Source: Vermamoeba vermiformis
Taxonomy: Eukaryota
Length of the DNA: 64,000 nucleotides
Assembly (NCBI GenBank): GCA_045837725.1
Contig: JBEWZL010000266.1
Span: 496,001 to 560,000 of the forward strand
Direction: 5' to 3'
Position 1 is the stretch's first letter; every line of letters begins with the position of its first letter. The notes beneath the pieces were generated by a model. The model was not told the DNA's origin. It saw only the letters and a list, made by a program, of their open reading frames with translations, and did no database searches. Shown in pieces: positions 61,542 through 64,000 of this stretch. The translations under genes and the position numbers were made by a program.

Positions 61542-63583
61542 CTACATGTCCTTAACCATTCTAAAAGTGTCTCTAACAACATTATCGCTCGCAGAATAAA
61601 AGTGCCATTCGAGCACGTTCTTGTTGTGCTCTTGATAGATCGACATCAATGCATAGCCGTAGTCCTTGTCAAACGTCGTTGCGGACCATACAGGCGTCTT
61701 AGTCCAGTCCTTAGAAAATCCTTCCGTGTTTCCTATATATAAAAAATATTAGCATCGTTAAATTTCAGTTTCTTTTAGAAAAAAAATTGAGCTGGATCTG
61801 CACTTTTCAGACGACTTCACATAAAAAGGAAATGTGATACTAACCTCCTGTACCAATCACAACATAGGCGGTGTCCTCTGCATTATGATAGCTTTGGCTC
61901 TTGACTTCAGACTTGTAAGTAGGGTAGATCCGTTCGTACGAATGCACGTGTCCACATATGAACAGATCGACTTTGTACTTGTGGAACAAATGCTCCATAG
62001 CCTCTTGAATCTTCTTAGCGTGTTTAATAGGCTTGCCGTCTTCACTTTCACCGTGAACTGAACTGTAAATCGGACGATGACCAGCGACCAAGATCCAAGG
62101 GTAGATGTCGCGCATGCTGTTGGCAATTTTCAAATCGTTTTCTAACCACGCCAATTGGTCACCGAAAGTAGAGGGCTCGGGAGCTCCAGGAAAATCTATG
62201 AATAGAGCGTGAGTAAGCGTTACTATTAGTTCTGAAATGACGATCGCGTGCACTTTTTCTTACCAGTCTCCGTAGAAATCGATACAAAGTGAATATTAGC
62301 ATAGTTATAGCTGTAAAACATGTTCGTGTTGCTGCCACTCTCTTCTCCGGGCATTTTGAATCGATGGTTGTACGCCGTAAAATTTCTTGAAAACTTGCAA
62401 CCTTCGTGCTTGCAGTCTTCCTCGTGATTTCCTAATAAGGCAAAATTAGCGCTTCACGTTACGTGTCCATGTTACTTACCGGGCAATACCATGTACGGCG
62501 CTACTCTCATCGCTGGCTCGACGAGTTTGAACCACTGATCCCACACTTCTTCGTACAAACCACCAGGATAATCATCAGCATAACTGTCCAGTGCACGTTA
62601 GATTTAATAGGATATTATACTATAATATAAGGTGGTCAGTAGTACCTGATGTCTCCGATGTGCCACACAAAGTCAGCTTCTTTGTTCACGATGCGGCTGA
62701 CGGCACGAGGGATGGTGTGCTGCGAGTTCACAATGCCCATGTCACCGTACACCACGACTGTCGTGTTCAGCGATGACTTGGAGGAGGTCGGTGTGGCTGG
62801 AGCGGACTGAAATAAAAGTTAGATCAAGCTCGAGGTGTCATCGCCCAGCACGTGACATTTAAATTTGACGGTAAGAATATATTTATAATTATAAGCCGGT
62901 ATTGGTTTACTCACGGTAAAGGAAAATTCGTCGCTCCATCCAGCTTTTTCGTCGCCACAAATGTAATAGTACTTCGTGCTTGGCTTCAGCTGTGTCATCT
63001 TGACGTGATTATGATACATTACGACGTCACCTCCATCGCTCTATCGATCGTTAGTAATTGAATACATCGCAGGTAAAAAGCCCGATTGAGGCTAAATTTA
63101 GAAATTTAGCATTTCAATGTCTTTTGTGGTTGCTTACTTTCAAGTAATTCACGCTTTCGCCAGTAGCTTTGTACGTGTATTGATTGGAGGCCAAGCCATA
63201 CTTCACTGTAACGGTGTGTGGCAGTCCGATGGTTAAGTAGCTTACCACCATTTCGCTCGGTGAACCCGAAACTGATTGAAACGTGAGTCATTGCATTAAT
63301 CATTATTATGCAGTACGACATAGATTTATCAATAAATTAAATTAAGATTCAATTTCAAATCCGTTTTTCACCAAAAAGTCTGAAATTATGATCATATTGA
63401 TAATAAATCGTGTAGTTTAATTCCCAATTTAATCTTTTAACAGTATGAATGAGCCTTACGAGCTAAATGAATGTTTTGTGGGATGCAATTCATTGATCCG
63501 CAGATTGCAGGGTAATCTTTCTCTGCCAGCACAGCGTGCGCGAGTAGCGACAACAAAATTATGAAGGCACTACCACGAAGCAT
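61542..63583 (-). CDS. Purple acid phosphatase (secreted metallophosphoesterase)
   Basis: Signal peptide; YGDMG, GDISYADD, PGNHE, GHRPIY, GHVHSYER. Confidence 0.93.
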
Positions 63584-63656
63584 GTTTTGTGAGCTCGCTT
63601 TGACAGATCAGTGTTCGTGCGATTGAAAAATTTGTCAGTTTTGAAACTCGATCAAA

Positions 63657-64000
63657 ATGTTGCAAACAACGCTGACATTTTTCAGGCAGAAATCTGCTAA
63701 TAAAATATTGTTAGCTATGAAGAAACGAGGGTTTGGTATTGGCAAATGGAACGGTGCGTACCTTGTCAAGATTAGATCGAGTGACAAAATTTTTTGCTGA
63801 GAAAACAGTACTACTTGGCAACACGCTAATTATTTCGATAATTATTTACTAACTATAAATAATTTGGTATTTATTTTAATTTTTGATCTGCAGGTCCTGG
63901 CGGGAAAGTTGAAAAAGGCGATTCTTGCATAGCTGCAGCTGCTTCACGTGAATGCCAGGAAGAAGTTGGTTTAAAACCAAAATTTCTATCATTAGTGTAC
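63657..64000 (+). CDS. Nudix hydrolase, MTH1/NUDT1-like (partial, runs off window)
   Basis: ILLAMKKRGFGIGKWNG-PGGKVEKG..AASRECQEEVG Nudix box. Confidence 0.85.

Overview
Gene-dense, AT-rich eukaryotic genomic DNA with many short spliceosomal introns. An amoeba-like protist is inferred from gene content but not proven. The ORF track fragments the genes, so about 22 gene models were rebuilt by eye and exon boundaries are approximate. Recognisable products: INTS11, F-box proteins, a CS-SH3-SH3-glutaminase-like protein, sPLA2, DUF4419-LRR, DUF676 hydrolase, EF-hand/MICAL-like monooxygenase, TPR-SEL1-MYND, LanC-like, PEP/pyruvate-binding protein, DUF4139-like/FG-GLEBS fusion, Sec23-like vWA, OXNAD1, purple acid phosphatase and a Nudix hydrolase. 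The most unusual region is a 1.25-kb INTS11 intron. It holds three same-strand tRNA genes (an atypical UGG tRNA, Tyr, and a Trp with a 4-bp anticodon stem) interleaved with unidentified structured RNA candidates; INTS11 also has a U12-type intron. Two mobile elements have clear ends. One is a 5'-truncated RT-RNase H LINE with a 20-bp TSD, whose 3' UTR carries CUAACCCUAAC. The other is a non-autonomous DNA transposon with 75-bp TIRs and an 8-bp TSD.
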